DNA of 64,000 bases from Dehalococcoidia bacterium. GTDB taxonomy: Bacteria; Chloroflexota; Dehalococcoidia; SHYD01. The notes under the pieces were generated by a model. That model was not told where the DNA came from and did not search any database. It was given only the letters and a program-made list of their open reading frames with translations. Of the stretch, positions 10,883-20,927 are shown piece by piece (position 1 is the first letter of the stretch; every line of letters starts with the position of its first letter). Location: NCBI GenBank assembly GCA_965220215.1, contig OZ244809.1:759702-823701 (forward strand). Reading direction: 5' to 3'. Made by a program: the position numbers and the translations under genes.

Positions 10883-12018
10883 TGCGTATTGCCGTAACGG
10901 GCGGCGGCACGGGCGGCCACGTATACCCTGCGTTGGCCGTGGCCGCCGCGCTCCAGCAGCCGCCGCTAAACCTGCCGCCGCAGAACATTCTCTATTTGGG
11001 GCTCCAAGGCGGGATGGAGGAGACGCTATCGGCAAAGGCGGGGTTTGCCTTTGCGCCTATCCGGTCTGCGCCGGTACTGGGCCGCAGTCCCCTGGGCGTC
11101 CTTCAAAGCGGTCTGCGGATCTCCAGCGGCACTATCAAGGCTATGGGCGCGTTGCGGCGCTTTGACGCTCACGCCGTGCTGGCAACCGGCGGGTACGTGA
11201 GCGTGCCGGTAGGGGTAGCCGCGTGGCTCAAGCGCATACCGCTGCTCCTCTACGTGCCGGACTTGGAACCCGGTCTGGCCGTCAAACTCCTCGCCAAGTT
11301 TGCCAGCAAAGTCGCGGTGACCGCGCCCCCAGCGACCGCAGCCTTACCACAGCGCAAGACCGTGGTTACCGGCTATCCGGTGCGCTCTGAATTCGCGGCG
11401 TTGGATAAAGCAGCGGGGCGGACGCGGCTCAACCTGGCATCGGACCTCCCCGTCCTACTTGCCTGGGGCGGCAGCCAGGGCGCACACACCCTTAACCTGG
11501 CGCTGGCTGAAGGCGCACCCCAGCTCTTGCAACGCTGCCAGATGGTGCACATCTGCGGCACCCCAGACTTTCCTGAACTGGAAGCGCGCCGTAACGACCT
11601 ACCTAGCGACCTGCAGCCACGCTACCGGCTGTACCCATACTTATTTGATGAAATGCCAGCAGCTATGATCGCCGCCGACTTGGCGGTGTCTCGCTCCGGC
11701 GCTTCTACCCTAGGGGAGCTCCCCCTAGCAGAACTCCCCGCCGTTCTGGTGCCCTACCCGTATGCGGGAGGGCACCAGCGGCGGAACGCGCAATATCTAG
11801 CGGACGAGTCGGCCGCGGTGGTGTTAGAAGAAGCCACTATGCACGAACTGGTGCCCACCATCCAAGCGCTGCTCCAAGACCCGTCCCGTCTGGCCCAGAT
11901 GGCGCAGCGTGCCAAGGCGCTTGCCCGCCCGGAGGCCACCAAGACGATCGCAGATCTACTGGTAGCGCTAGCGGCTCCTTCCGATGCAAAAGCCACGCAG
12001 CACGCGGGGGTGGACTAA
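10882..12018 (+). CDS. murG: Undecaprenyl-PP-MurNAc-pentapeptide GlcNAc transferase
   Basis: True start is the ATG at 10882, overlapping the ftsW TAA. GGGTGGHVYP, GGYVS, GGSQGA and SRSGAST motifs. Confidence 0.95.
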   Translation: MRIAVTGGGTGGHVYPALAVAAALQQPPLNLPPQNILYLGLQGGMEETLSAKAGFAFAPIRSAPVLGRSPLGVLQSGLRISSGTIKAMGALRRFDAHAVLATGGYVSVPVGVAAWLKRIPLLLYVPDLEPGLAVKLLAKFASKVAVTAPPATAALPQRKTVVTGYPVRSEFAALDKAAGRTRLNLASDLPVLLAWGGSQGAHTLNLALAEGAPQLLQRCQMVHICGTPDFPELEARRNDLPSDLQPRYRLYPYLFDEMPAAMIAADLAVSRSGASTLGELPLAELPAVLVPYPYAGGHQRRNAQYLADESAAVVLEEATMHELVPTIQALLQDPSRLAQMAQRAKALARPEATKTIADLLVALAAPSDAKATQHAGVD

Positions 12019-13478
12019 TGGCGGCCGCCCTTCCTCACCGCATCCACTTTGTTGGCATTGGCGGCATTGGGATGAGCGGACTGGCACGCCTGCTGCTGGA
12101 GGAGGGCCGTCAGGTGTCGGGCTCCGACCTCCAGAGCAATAATCTCACCGCCGAGCTTGCCGCGATGGGAGCGACAGTTTATCAGGGCCACGACCCGAGT
12201 AACCTGAGCGAGGCCGAGCTGGTTGTCGCAACTCCGGCGGCGCACAGCAGCAACCCTGAACTGCAGGAAGCAATGCAGCGCGCTATCCCCATCCTCAAGC
12301 GCGGCGAACTCCTGGGCAAGCTGATGGAAGGCAAGCGCGGTATTGCGATTGCGGGCTCTCACGGCAAGACCACGACCACTGCGCTCATTGGCTGGATCCT
12401 GACGCAGGCCGGCCTCGACCCCACAGTGGTTGTGGGCGGCGAGGTGCCGGAGCTAGGCGGGAACGTACGTCGGGGCGCTGGTGACTTCTTTGTAGCCGAG
12501 GCCGATGAGTACGACGCGGCGTTTTTATCCTTGCACCCAGAAGTCGCGGTGATCACTAACATCGAGGCTGAGCACTTAGATTTTTTTAAGGATTTTGCCA
12601 GCGTAGTGGAGGCTTTTAGGAGCTTTTTACGAGGCGTTATTCCTTCTGGATACGTGGTTTTTTGCCTTGACGATCCCGCGGCGGCAGGACTACAATCAAG
12701 CCAGGCTGGCGAGGCAGGGGCTAAGCTAAACACCAAAGACCAACAGGAGGGTGGGGCTAGATTGACGAGGCAGATCCCCGCGCAATCGTTGGTTAGCTAT
12801 GGACTGCACACTCAGGCCCATTGGAGGGCTGTTGACCTCAAGCCCAACAGCGCGGGCGGGCACGATTTCACTGTCCGTGTAGGAAACCGCTCTCGCGGCC
12901 GCTTCTCGCTCCAGATTCCCGGCCAGCATAACGTAAGCAACGCCCTGGCGGCCCTGGCCGCCACTAGCGCCAGCGGCGTAGACCCGTCCAGAGCGCGGGA
13001 CGCCCTAGCCACGTTCAGCGGCGTAAAGCGCCGCTTCCAAGTGTTGGGCACTATTCGAGGGATTACTATCATCGACGACTACGCGCACCACCCGTCCGAA
13101 GTACGCGCTACTCTCGCGGCAGCCCGAACGCGCTACCCCGACCGGCGTCTCCTCACCGTCTTCCAGCCCCATACCTACAGCCGTATCAAGCTCCTCCAAC
13201 CCCTCTACACCGATGCATTCCAAGACGCCTCGGTGCTGTGGGTCACCGATATCTACGCTGCCCGCGAGGACAACTCTTGGGAGATAAGCGGCCAGGACTT
13301 GGTCAATAGCATCGATCACTGCGATAAGCATTATGTCAAGGAATTGGCTGATGCTACCGATGCGGTGCAAGCCGCTGCCCAACCCGGCGATGTAGTGCTG
13401 GTAATGGGCGCGGGCGATAGCTATAAGGTGGCACAGGCCCTGGTAGAGCGCCTAGAGAAGGCCAATGACCTTGCCTGA
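12018..13478 (+). CDS. murC: UDP-MurNAc--L-Ala ligase
   Basis: GIGGIGMSGLA, GSHGKTTTT, EADEYD, DDYAHHP and FQPHTYSR motifs. Confidence 0.95.
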   Translation: MAAALPHRIHFVGIGGIGMSGLARLLLEEGRQVSGSDLQSNNLTAELAAMGATVYQGHDPSNLSEAELVVATPAAHSSNPELQEAMQRAIPILKRGELLGKLMEGKRGIAIAGSHGKTTTTALIGWILTQAGLDPTVVVGGEVPELGGNVRRGAGDFFVAEADEYDAAFLSLHPEVAVITNIEAEHLDFFKDFASVVEAFRSFLRGVIPSGYVVFCLDDPAAAGLQSSQAGEAGAKLNTKDQQEGGARLTRQIPAQSLVSYGLHTQAHWRAVDLKPNSAGGHDFTVRVGNRSRGRFSLQIPGQHNVSNALAALAATSASGVDPSRARDALATFSGVKRRFQVLGTIRGITIIDDYAHHPSEVRATLAAARTRYPDRRLLTVFQPHTYSRIKLLQPLYTDAFQDASVLWVTDIYAAREDNSWEISGQDLVNSIDHCDKHYVKELADATDAVQAAAQPGDVVLVMGAGDSYKVAQALVERLEKANDLA

Positions 13479-14406
13479 GGCCCTCATAGCCGCCTTGGAG
13501 CGTGTGACACCCGTCCGTCGTAACGAGACGCTGGCGCTGCACACCACCTTCCGCATCGGCGGGCCGGCGGAGGCGTATCTTCACGCGTCGGACTGCGTTA
13601 CCCTGCGTCAGGTGGCTGCCCTGGCCCACCAGTGGGAGACTCCCCTCTTCGTGCTGGGCGGCGGCAGCAACCTCCTGGTCGGCGACGACGGTATCTCCGG
13701 CTTAGTAGTGGAGACCTGGACCAACTCAGCTCCCCTGCCCAGCAGCGCCACCGAGCCGGATGAAGTAGTGCGCGCCTGGGTGTACAGCGGCACGCCGTTA
13801 CCGCGTCTGGCCACTAACGCGGCCAAGGCCGGCCTTGCTGGCCTGGAGTGGGCCATAGGCGTCCCCGGCACAATAGGCGGCGCAGTGGTGAACAACGCTG
13901 GCGCCCACGGCAGCGACATGAGCCGGCAACTCAACGCCGTTCTGGTGTGGGACCAGGAGGGCGAACGTGCCATGGAGCCTCAGGAGATCGAGTTCTCCTA
14001 CCGTAACAGCAACTTCCGGAGCCGCTGGACCGGCTGCACGCCCAAGCCGGTAGTGCTGGCCGCAGAAGTTGCGCTCCACGCCGACGAACCCCAGCGCGTT
14101 CGTGAACGCATGGATGAGCACAGCGCATACCGTCGCGCCACGCAGCCTTCGCAGCGGAGCATCGGGTCAATCTTCAAGAACACTCAGGAGCATCCCGCCG
14201 GTTGGCTGCTGGAGCAAGCCGGCCTCAAGGGCCGCAGGGTGGGCGGCGCACAGATCTCCACCAAGCACGCTAATTTTATTGTGAACCGCGGCGGCGCACG
14301 GGCCGCAGAGGTCAGTGAGCTGATGCTCTACGCCCAGGAAAAGGTGCGGGAAACCTTCCAAATTGAGCTGGAGCCAGAGATCCAGCGTGTGGGCGAGGGA
14401 TTCTAG
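13465..14406 (+). CDS. murB: UDP-N-acetylenolpyruvoylglucosamine reductase
   Basis: TTFRIGG, GGGSNLL, GIPGTIGGA-like motif, GSIFKN and KHANFIVN. Confidence 0.94.
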   Translation: MTLPEALIAALERVTPVRRNETLALHTTFRIGGPAEAYLHASDCVTLRQVAALAHQWETPLFVLGGGSNLLVGDDGISGLVVETWTNSAPLPSSATEPDEVVRAWVYSGTPLPRLATNAAKAGLAGLEWAIGVPGTIGGAVVNNAGAHGSDMSRQLNAVLVWDQEGERAMEPQEIEFSYRNSNFRSRWTGCTPKPVVLAAEVALHADEPQRVRERMDEHSAYRRATQPSQRSIGSIFKNTQEHPAGWLLEQAGLKGRRVGGAQISTKHANFIVNRGGARAAEVSELMLYAQEKVRETFQIELEPEIQRVGEGF

Positions 14407-14407
14407 C

Positions 14408-15475
14408 ATGGCAAAGCTGCAAGTAGCGGTCCTCTTTGGCGGTAAGTCGGTGGAGCATGATATCTCCCTGGTTTCAGCCCGCTCTATCATCAACGCCCTG
14501 AACACCGCGAAGTATGAGATCATTCCCCTGGGCATCAGCAAAGAAGGCGAATGGCTGAACATCGAGGCCTCGGCTGCGATGCTGCGCGGCGACCTCCGAG
14601 AGCTTTCCCACAGCCAGCCGAAGCAGCTCGAGTTCGCACTCCCCGCGGTAGACGTAGTCTTCCCCATCCTTCACGGCACCAACGGTGAGGACGGCACAGT
14701 GCAAGGCCTTCTGGAGCTGGCAGGCATCCCCTACGTAGGCGCAGGCGTGCTAGCCAGCGCCGTAGGGATGGACAAACTCTACATGAAGCGTCTGTTCCAG
14801 CACGCGGAGCTGCCCATTGCGGCATATATCGCTATTGGACGACAGGACTGGCACAAGAACTCCGCAGAGCTACGGCAGCAAGTTGCCGGCCAGATTGGCT
14901 ACCCATGCTTCGTGAAGCCGGCCAACGGCGGCAGCAGCGTGGGTGTGGTCAAGGTCCGCGGCCCGGAGAAGCTAGACGCTGCAGTAGAGCAAGCCCTGGC
15001 GCTGGACCGGCGGGCGTTAGTGGAGCAGGCCATTATCGGACGGGAGCTGGAATGCGCGGTCCTGGGCAACGACGACGCTCTGGCTTCAACGGTGGGTGAG
15101 ATCATCCCCAAGCGGGAGTTCTACGACTATGAGGCCAAGTACCACGACGATAACACTGAGCTGGTTGTTCCTGCCGAGCTGCCGAAGCACCTTTCCGACG
15201 CAGTGCAGGCCCTGGCGGTGCGCACCTTCCGCGCGATAGACGGCGCAGGCATGGCCAGGGTGGACTTCTTCCTGCGGCGTAAGGATGACGCTCTCTTTGT
15301 CAACGAGATCAATACCATTCCCGGCTTTACGCCGGTAAGTATGTACCCCCGCATGTGGGAGGCCTCCGGGCTCCCCTACCCTGCGCTCCTGGACCGGCTC
15401 ATTGAGCTTGCCCAAGAGCGGCACCGTGAGCAGCGAGAGACCTCTTTCTCCCACAAAGCGCCACAGCCGGCCTAA
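14408..15475 (+). CDS. ddl: D-alanine--D-alanine ligase
   Basis: LFGGKSVEH, HGTNGEDG, GGSSVG, FYDYEAKY and EINTIPG motifs; ATG at 14408. Confidence 0.95.
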   Translation: MAKLQVAVLFGGKSVEHDISLVSARSIINALNTAKYEIIPLGISKEGEWLNIEASAAMLRGDLRELSHSQPKQLEFALPAVDVVFPILHGTNGEDGTVQGLLELAGIPYVGAGVLASAVGMDKLYMKRLFQHAELPIAAYIAIGRQDWHKNSAELRQQVAGQIGYPCFVKPANGGSSVGVVKVRGPEKLDAAVEQALALDRRALVEQAIIGRELECAVLGNDDALASTVGEIIPKREFYDYEAKYHDDNTELVVPAELPKHLSDAVQALAVRTFRAIDGAGMARVDFFLRRKDDALFVNEINTIPGFTPVSMYPRMWEASGLPYPALLDRLIELAQERHREQRETSFSHKAPQPA

Positions 15476-15480
15476 TAACC

Positions 15481-16281
15481 ATGACCTACATCGATTTTTC
15501 GCACCACGATAGTGAGCGGAGCGCGGGCACCCCGCCAGATCAGACGCAGCTCGCCTCGGAAGCCGCGCCGCGGTGGCGTTCCCGCATTCTCTCCGTGGTG
15601 CTGCGGGTGAGCGCGCTCATGATCGGTGTGGGAGCAGGAGCAGCCCTCTTCTATCTGCCGGTGTTTGCCGTGTCCCAGGTCTCCGTGACCGGCGCGCACC
15701 ACATCGTGGAAAGAGATGTCATCGCCCGGCTTTCTCTGGTGGGTGATAACCTGCTGTCCCTGCCGGTAGAAGACCTGCGGGCGACGCTGCAGGAAGAGCC
15801 CTGGGTACGAGACGCAGAGCTTCGCCGCTCGCTGCCCGGCCACGTGACCATCGTGCTGGAAGAGCGGTCGCCTTCAGCAGTGTGGCAGGTAGGCAGCCAG
15901 AGCTACTGGGTAGACCGGGACGGTACGGTGCTGCAAGTACTGGCGCAGCTCGACCGGTCGCTCCCCCTTGTCAAGGACATGACCGGCCCGGACCTCTGGC
16001 CTGGCCAGAAGGTGGATCCGGATGCCGTTAGCTTGGCCCTTACCCTCACTGAGCGGCTCCCCCAGGAAATGCACGATGAAGCCGTATTCTTCGAGTACCT
16101 CAGTTATGCCGGTATTGCCGTCGAAACCCAGAAGGGCTACAGGGCCCGCTTCGGCGTTTCCGAGGACCTGGACTGGAAGCTGGCCGTGTGGAAGAGCGTC
16201 ATTGAGACTGGAGAGAGCAAGGACCTGAAGGTGGGACACGTGGACCTCCGCTTTGGCGACCGTCCCTTCTTCCGGCCCTAA
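15481..16281 (+). CDS. ftsQ: Cell division protein FtsQ/DivIB
   Basis: TM plus POTRA-like domain (PWVRDAELRRSLP) and C-terminal VDLRF; lies between ddl and ftsA. Confidence 0.85.
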   Translation: MTYIDFSHHDSERSAGTPPDQTQLASEAAPRWRSRILSVVLRVSALMIGVGAGAALFYLPVFAVSQVSVTGAHHIVERDVIARLSLVGDNLLSLPVEDLRATLQEEPWVRDAELRRSLPGHVTIVLEERSPSAVWQVGSQSYWVDRDGTVLQVLAQLDRSLPLVKDMTGPDLWPGQKVDPDAVSLALTLTERLPQEMHDEAVFFEYLSYAGIAVETQKGYRARFGVSEDLDWKLAVWKSVIETGESKDLKVGHVDLRFGDRPFFRP

Positions 16282-16296
16282 GAGAGAACTGATTTC

Positions 16297-17538
16297 ATGG
16301 CTAGAAATTCGCTCTACGCGGCAATAGACATCGGCACTACCAAAGTGTGCACTCTAGTCGGCCGCCCCGGCCCTGGCGACTCGCTGGAGATCACGGGCGT
16401 GGGCATAGTGCCCTCCCGCGGCCTCATCAAGGGCATGGTGGTAGACATGGAAGAGGCGGTGGAAGCCATCCGCGCCTCCGTGCAGCGAGCGGAGCGCAGC
16501 AGCGGCAGCCGTATCTTCTCCGCCCACGTGGGCATCACCGGCAACCACGTCTCCTCAATGAACAACAAGGGGATGGTCACCATCACTCGCAATGACCGCC
16601 TGGTCTCGGAAGAGGACGTAAACCGGGTACTGGAAGCCGCCCGCTCCTCAGTGGGTGTGCCCACCAACCGCGAGATCATCCACGTGGTACCCCGCAGCTA
16701 CACGCTGGACGAGCAGGAAGGAGTGCGCAATCCCATTGGCTTGCACGGCTTCCGACTAGATGTGGAGGCCCATATCATCACCGGCGCCATCAACTCCATC
16801 CAGAACCTGGCTAAGTGCGTGGAGACGGCCGGCGTGCAGGTGGACAACCTCGTGCTGGAACCGCTTGCCAGCGGCGAGGCGGTGTTGCAAGAGGACGAGC
16901 GGGAAACCGGGACAATTTTAGTGGATATTGGTGGTGGAACCACCGATTTAGCAGTGTTCACCCAGGGCAGTGTGGGCTACACTACAGTTATCCCCGTCGG
17001 CGGATATCAGTTCACCCAGGACCTCGTCATTGGCCTGAGAACACCGTACGCCGCGGCGGAAGCAGCCAAGATAACCTACGGCTCCGTGGAACCAGCCGCT
17101 ATCCCCGTGGACGAGATGGCGGACCTGACCGCTTTCGGCTCTTCGGATACCCGGCCTGTGTCCAGACGCCTGATGGCGGACATCCTGCGAGCACGGTTTG
17201 AAGACCTGCTCACACTGATCCAGGCGTCGGTGCGGCAATCCGGCTACGATGGCCTGCTGCCGGCAGGGATCACCTTCACGGGTGGATCGTCCAACCTACC
17301 GAATATCGTAAGCCTCACGGAGGAATTTCTTGCCGTGCCTGCGCGCGTTGGCAAGCCAGAAAATATCACCGGTCTCTCCGATGCGCTGGAAGACCCTGCC
17401 TACGCCACCAGTATAGGCCTGCTGCTATGGGCCATACGTTACGGCGACGAGGACGGCAGCAGCCAAACAGATGGGCGCTCTTTTGCGCTCCGGGATTTCT
17501 TTCAGAATCTCTTCTCCTGGCTCGGCCCGAGAAGATGA
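16297..17538 (+). CDS. ftsA: Cell division protein FtsA
   Basis: AIDIGTTKV, VDIGGGTTD and TGGSS actin-fold motifs. Confidence 0.96.
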   Translation: MARNSLYAAIDIGTTKVCTLVGRPGPGDSLEITGVGIVPSRGLIKGMVVDMEEAVEAIRASVQRAERSSGSRIFSAHVGITGNHVSSMNNKGMVTITRNDRLVSEEDVNRVLEAARSSVGVPTNREIIHVVPRSYTLDEQEGVRNPIGLHGFRLDVEAHIITGAINSIQNLAKCVETAGVQVDNLVLEPLASGEAVLQEDERETGTILVDIGGGTTDLAVFTQGSVGYTTVIPVGGYQFTQDLVIGLRTPYAAAEAAKITYGSVEPAAIPVDEMADLTAFGSSDTRPVSRRLMADILRARFEDLLTLIQASVRQSGYDGLLPAGITFTGGSSNLPNIVSLTEEFLAVPARVGKPENITGLSDALEDPAYATSIGLLLWAIRYGDEDGSSQTDGRSFALRDFFQNLFSWLGPRR

Positions 17539-17586
17539 GACCACCTATTTCTACAACGGTGAACCGACACGAACAAAGGGGGAGCA

Positions 17587-18672
17587 ATGCGACCAAGAAG
17601 AGACGCTCATGGTAGCGGCAACCTGCAGGCCACTCTCAAAGTACTGGGTGTAGGTGGTGGCGGCTCCAATGCCATCAACCGAATGATCCAGGAACGGCTC
17701 ATCGGTGTCGAGTTCATCGCCGTCAATACCGATGCCCAGGCGCTGGAACGCTCCGAAGCGCCCAAGAGCATCCGCATCGGCGACAACCTCACCCGCGGCC
17801 TAGGCGCCGGCGGCGACCCCGGCAAGGGCGAGAAGGCCGCTCGGGAGAGCCGCGACGACCTCGGCGAGATGCTGGAAGGCTCGGATATGATATTCATCAC
17901 GGCAGGCATGGGCGGCGGCACCGGCACTGGCGCAGCGCCCATTGTGGCCGAGGTGGCCAAAGAGGTCGGCGCGCTCTCGGTGGCGGTGGTGACCCGTCCC
18001 TTTACCTTTGAGGGCACCAAGCGCCGCATGGTCGCTGAGGAGGGAATCCAACGGCTGCAGGAGCACGTTGACACCCTTATCGTCATCCCCAACGATAGGC
18101 TGCTAGCCATCACCGACAAGAAGCTCCCTCTGGCGGAGGCCTTCCGTATGGCGGATGACGTGCTGCGCCAAGGCATCCAGGGCATTTCTGAGCTCATCAC
18201 CACGCCCGGCGACATCAACCTGGACTTTGCTGACGTAAAGACTGTCATGGCCAACGCCGGTCACGCGCTCATGGCCATTGGCTACGGCGCCTCCGAAGAC
18301 CGGGCGGCAGAGGCCGCGCGTGCCGCCATCACCAGCCCGCTGCTGGACATCTCCATAGACGGTGCTACGGGCGTCCTCTTTAACATCACTGGCGACGAGA
18401 GCCTGGCCCTCCACGAAGTCAACGAGGCTGCGGAGATCATCGCCAAAGCGGTGGACCCCGATGCCAACATCATTTTCGGCACTGTCATCGATCCACGGAT
18501 GGACGGCAAGCTGAAGATCACCCTCATCGCCACCGGCTTCCAGGGCGCAGCGCTGGGCGCACGGCTGGTGAAAGATAACAACGTGGTCACCCGGCTTGCG
18601 CCACGCACACCGGAAGAGATGAGCGACCTTGATATCCCACCCTTCCTCCGTCGAGCGCGGTCGGTAGGATAG
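17587..18672 (+). CDS. ftsZ: Cell division protein FtsZ
   Basis: [16 protein letters not shown] tubulin signature, NLDFAD and C-terminal DIPPFLRR. Confidence 0.98.
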   Translation: MRPRRDAHGSGNLQATLKVLGVGGGGSNAINRMIQERLIGVEFIAVNTDAQALERSEAPKSIRIGDNLTRGLGAGGDPGKGEKAARESRDDLGEMLEGSDMIFITAGMGGGTGTGAAPIVAEVAKEVGALSVAVVTRPFTFEGTKRRMVAEEGIQRLQEHVDTLIVIPNDRLLAITDKKLPLAEAFRMADDVLRQGIQGISELITTPGDINLDFADVKTVMANAGHALMAIGYGASEDRAAEAARAAITSPLLDISIDGATGVLFNITGDESLALHEVNEAAEIIAKAVDPDANIIFGTVIDPRMDGKLKITLIATGFQGAALGARLVKDNNVVTRLAPRTPEEMSDLDIPPFLRRARSVG

Positions 18673-18690
18673 ACCGCTAGTTAGCTGCAG

Positions 18691-18724
18691 GCGCCCTTCT
18701 TGTGAGCAGGAAGGGCGCTTTTTC
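18691..18724 (+). terminator. Rho-independent terminator after ftsZ
   Basis: GCGCCCTTC...GAAGGGCGC stem followed by a T6 run. Confidence 0.85.
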
Positions 18725-18845
18725 GCCAATCGCCACGATTCTACGAGCGCACCCCTCCGCTCACCTTGAGCCTAGCAAAGCCCGCACGCGGCAGGCTCAC
18801 TATGTCGCCGTAGGCGACTCCCCATTGGAAAGAGCGGCTTACAGA

Positions 18846-20198
18846 TTGTCTCAGAACGCTTCAGTTACACCGACTAAGACGCCCTCTCCCACGGGCCGTC
18901 CGCCATTCCCTACGCCCTTCTTCTACGGCTGGGTCATTGTGGCGTGCAGTGTGGCGGGTTCGTTCCTAAGCAGCGGCACCTCCAACGTGGTAATGAGCGT
19001 GCTGCTCAAACCCATGAGCGACGAAACCGGCTGGTCCCGCACCATGATTGTGAGCGCGATTAGCATCGGCTCTCTGGCCGCCGGGCTCACCTCCCCCATT
19101 GCTGGACGGATGGCAGATGTTATTGGCGCGCGGATACTGGTGCCGCTGGGCGCGTTCATCTCCGGCGCCCTCTATTACGTGGTTGGACTTGCCGCGATCT
19201 ACCCGGTCTTCCTGGTTGGCTACACTATCAACCGCAGCGTCTCCACCTCCACCGTGGGCGGCGTTGCAGGACAGACCGTCGTGGTGAGCTGGTTCGGGAG
19301 ACGGCGGCCCCGCGCCCTGGGCATGGTAAGCATGGCCGGCGCCCTGGGCGCCACCGCTATGGGTATCATGGCCCAGTTCCTACTGGACGACATCGGCTGG
19401 CGCGGCGTTATGTTCATCTACGGCACGCTGATCCTGCTCTTCATGGTGGTCCCCGCAGCGTTCCTGCTGCGGAAGACACCGGAGGAAACGGGCCTCTGGC
19501 CGGACAACGAGCCGCCGGAGTCGCCGGAGACAGCAGGCACGGAACAACCCGGCCGCAGGAGGAGAAACTACACTAACGAGTATCCCTGGACGCTCTCAGA
19601 GGCCATGCGCACCCGCGCGCTCTGGCTGCTGATATTAGGCTCCGGCCTGGCCTCCTTTGCTATCACGGGAGTCAGCGTGAACCAGATTGCTTATTTCGCC
19701 GACCGCGGCCTGCCCCCTGAGACGGCAGCGGGCATCCTGGCGGTATACACCTTCTCCTCCGCTATCGCCAGCCTCCTCTGGGGCTTTCTCATCGAGCGGT
19801 TTGACGAGCGACTCGTCAGTTCCGCATCCTTCGCCTTAGCTGCCGGCTGCCTCTGGTACCTTACTCAGGTGGACAGCATGCCCAAGGCGTTTCTCTTTGT
19901 AGCGGTGTTTGGGACCTGCGCCCGGGGACAGAACAACATCATCAGTATCCTGTTTGCGCAGTACTTTGGGCGCAGGAGCTACGGGACCATCCACGGCTTC
20001 ACCAACTTTATCCACACCTTCTTCAGCTCCGCCGGCCCGCTGGCCACCGCCCTGGCCTTTGACCTCACCGGCAGCTACATCTCTATGTTCCGTGTGCTCA
20101 TCTTCGTCTTCGTGGCTGCGGCCAGCTTCATGTTCATGGCGTTCAAACCCAAACCACCGGCCCAAAGGCCTCCTGCGTTAGACCTCGCTATGGGCTAA
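18846..20198 (+). CDS. MFS transporter (OFA-like); start uncertain, TTG 18846 preferred over 18702
   Basis: About 12 TM segments; FFYGWVIV, GRMADVIG and GFLIERFD MFS loop motifs. Confidence 0.88.
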   Translation: MSQNASVTPTKTPSPTGRPPFPTPFFYGWVIVACSVAGSFLSSGTSNVVMSVLLKPMSDETGWSRTMIVSAISIGSLAAGLTSPIAGRMADVIGARILVPLGAFISGALYYVVGLAAIYPVFLVGYTINRSVSTSTVGGVAGQTVVVSWFGRRRPRALGMVSMAGALGATAMGIMAQFLLDDIGWRGVMFIYGTLILLFMVVPAAFLLRKTPEETGLWPDNEPPESPETAGTEQPGRRRRNYTNEYPWTLSEAMRTRALWLLILGSGLASFAITGVSVNQIAYFADRGLPPETAAGILAVYTFSSAIASLLWGFLIERFDERLVSSASFALAAGCLWYLTQVDSMPKAFLFVAVFGTCARGQNNIISILFAQYFGRRSYGTIHGFTNFIHTFFSSAGPLATALAFDLTGSYISMFRVLIFVFVAAASFMFMAFKPKPPAQRPPALDLAMG

Positions 20199-20243
20199 GT
20201 CCATGCCATCTTTAGCAAATTGTAACAATTACCATAAAACCGC

Positions 20244-20297
20244 TTGACAAGCCCCTAGATACAGTACTACTCTGCCAACATTCACTCTATTTAGTGT
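20244..20297 (+). promoter_or_regulatory. nrdR promoter with two NrdR-box-like operators
   Basis: TTGACA at 20244. CCCCTAGATACAGTAC (20252-20267) and TCACTCTATTTAGTGT (20282-20297; 13/16 match to acaCwAtATaTwGtgt) start 30 bp apart. Confidence 0.65.
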
Positions 20298-20368
20298 AAC
20301 GTTGCTACAATAGAGTGGTTAATGCAGACGTGTGTTTCTACTAATGAGGCTACAAGGAACCTGGCGGG

Positions 20369-20905
20369 ATGCAATGCCCCTACTGCCAATGGGAAGATTC
20401 AAAGGTCATCGACTCCCGGAACGTCGGTGCGGGCATACGTAGACGGCGCGAATGTCTCAGCTGCAAGTCCAGGTTCACGACCTATGAGCGCATTGAAGCC
20501 CAAACTCTGCAGATTATCAAGAAGGACAGCCGCCGGGAAGAGTTCGACCGGCAAAAGCTTTTCTCAGGAATCCGCGCGGCCTGCGCCAAACGCCCGCTGC
20601 CTACTGGCACCGTGGAACGCTTAGTGAACGAAGTGGAGACGGAGCTACGGACCCTGGGCCGCGCAGAGGTTCCCAGCTCACTGGTGGGCGAGATGGTCAT
20701 GGAGAAGCTCCGCGCCCTGGACCATATTGCATACGTGCGGTTCGCCAGCGTGTACCGGGAGTTCACCGACATAGAAACGATGCGCGACGAAGTAGAACGC
20801 CTGGCCACCGGCCGGGATACGGGCGTTACTCCCAGCAGCCAGCTCCCGCTGCTGCCTAGAGAGCCGCTGCCGGCCGGCCGGCGCCGTGGACGACCACGAA
20901 GCTAA
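20369..20905 (+). CDS. nrdR: Transcriptional repressor NrdR
   Basis: MQCPYC...IRRRREC..C..RFTTYE Zn ribbon, ATP-cone and YVRFASVYREF. Confidence 0.97.
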   Translation: MQCPYCQWEDSKVIDSRNVGAGIRRRRECLSCKSRFTTYERIEAQTLQIIKKDSRREEFDRQKLFSGIRAACAKRPLPTGTVERLVNEVETELRTLGRAEVPSSLVGEMVMEKLRALDHIAYVRFASVYREFTDIETMRDEVERLATGRDTGVTPSSQLPLLPREPLPAGRRRGRPRS

Positions 20906-20927
20906 CCCTCAGGAAGGAAGGTGGAGA

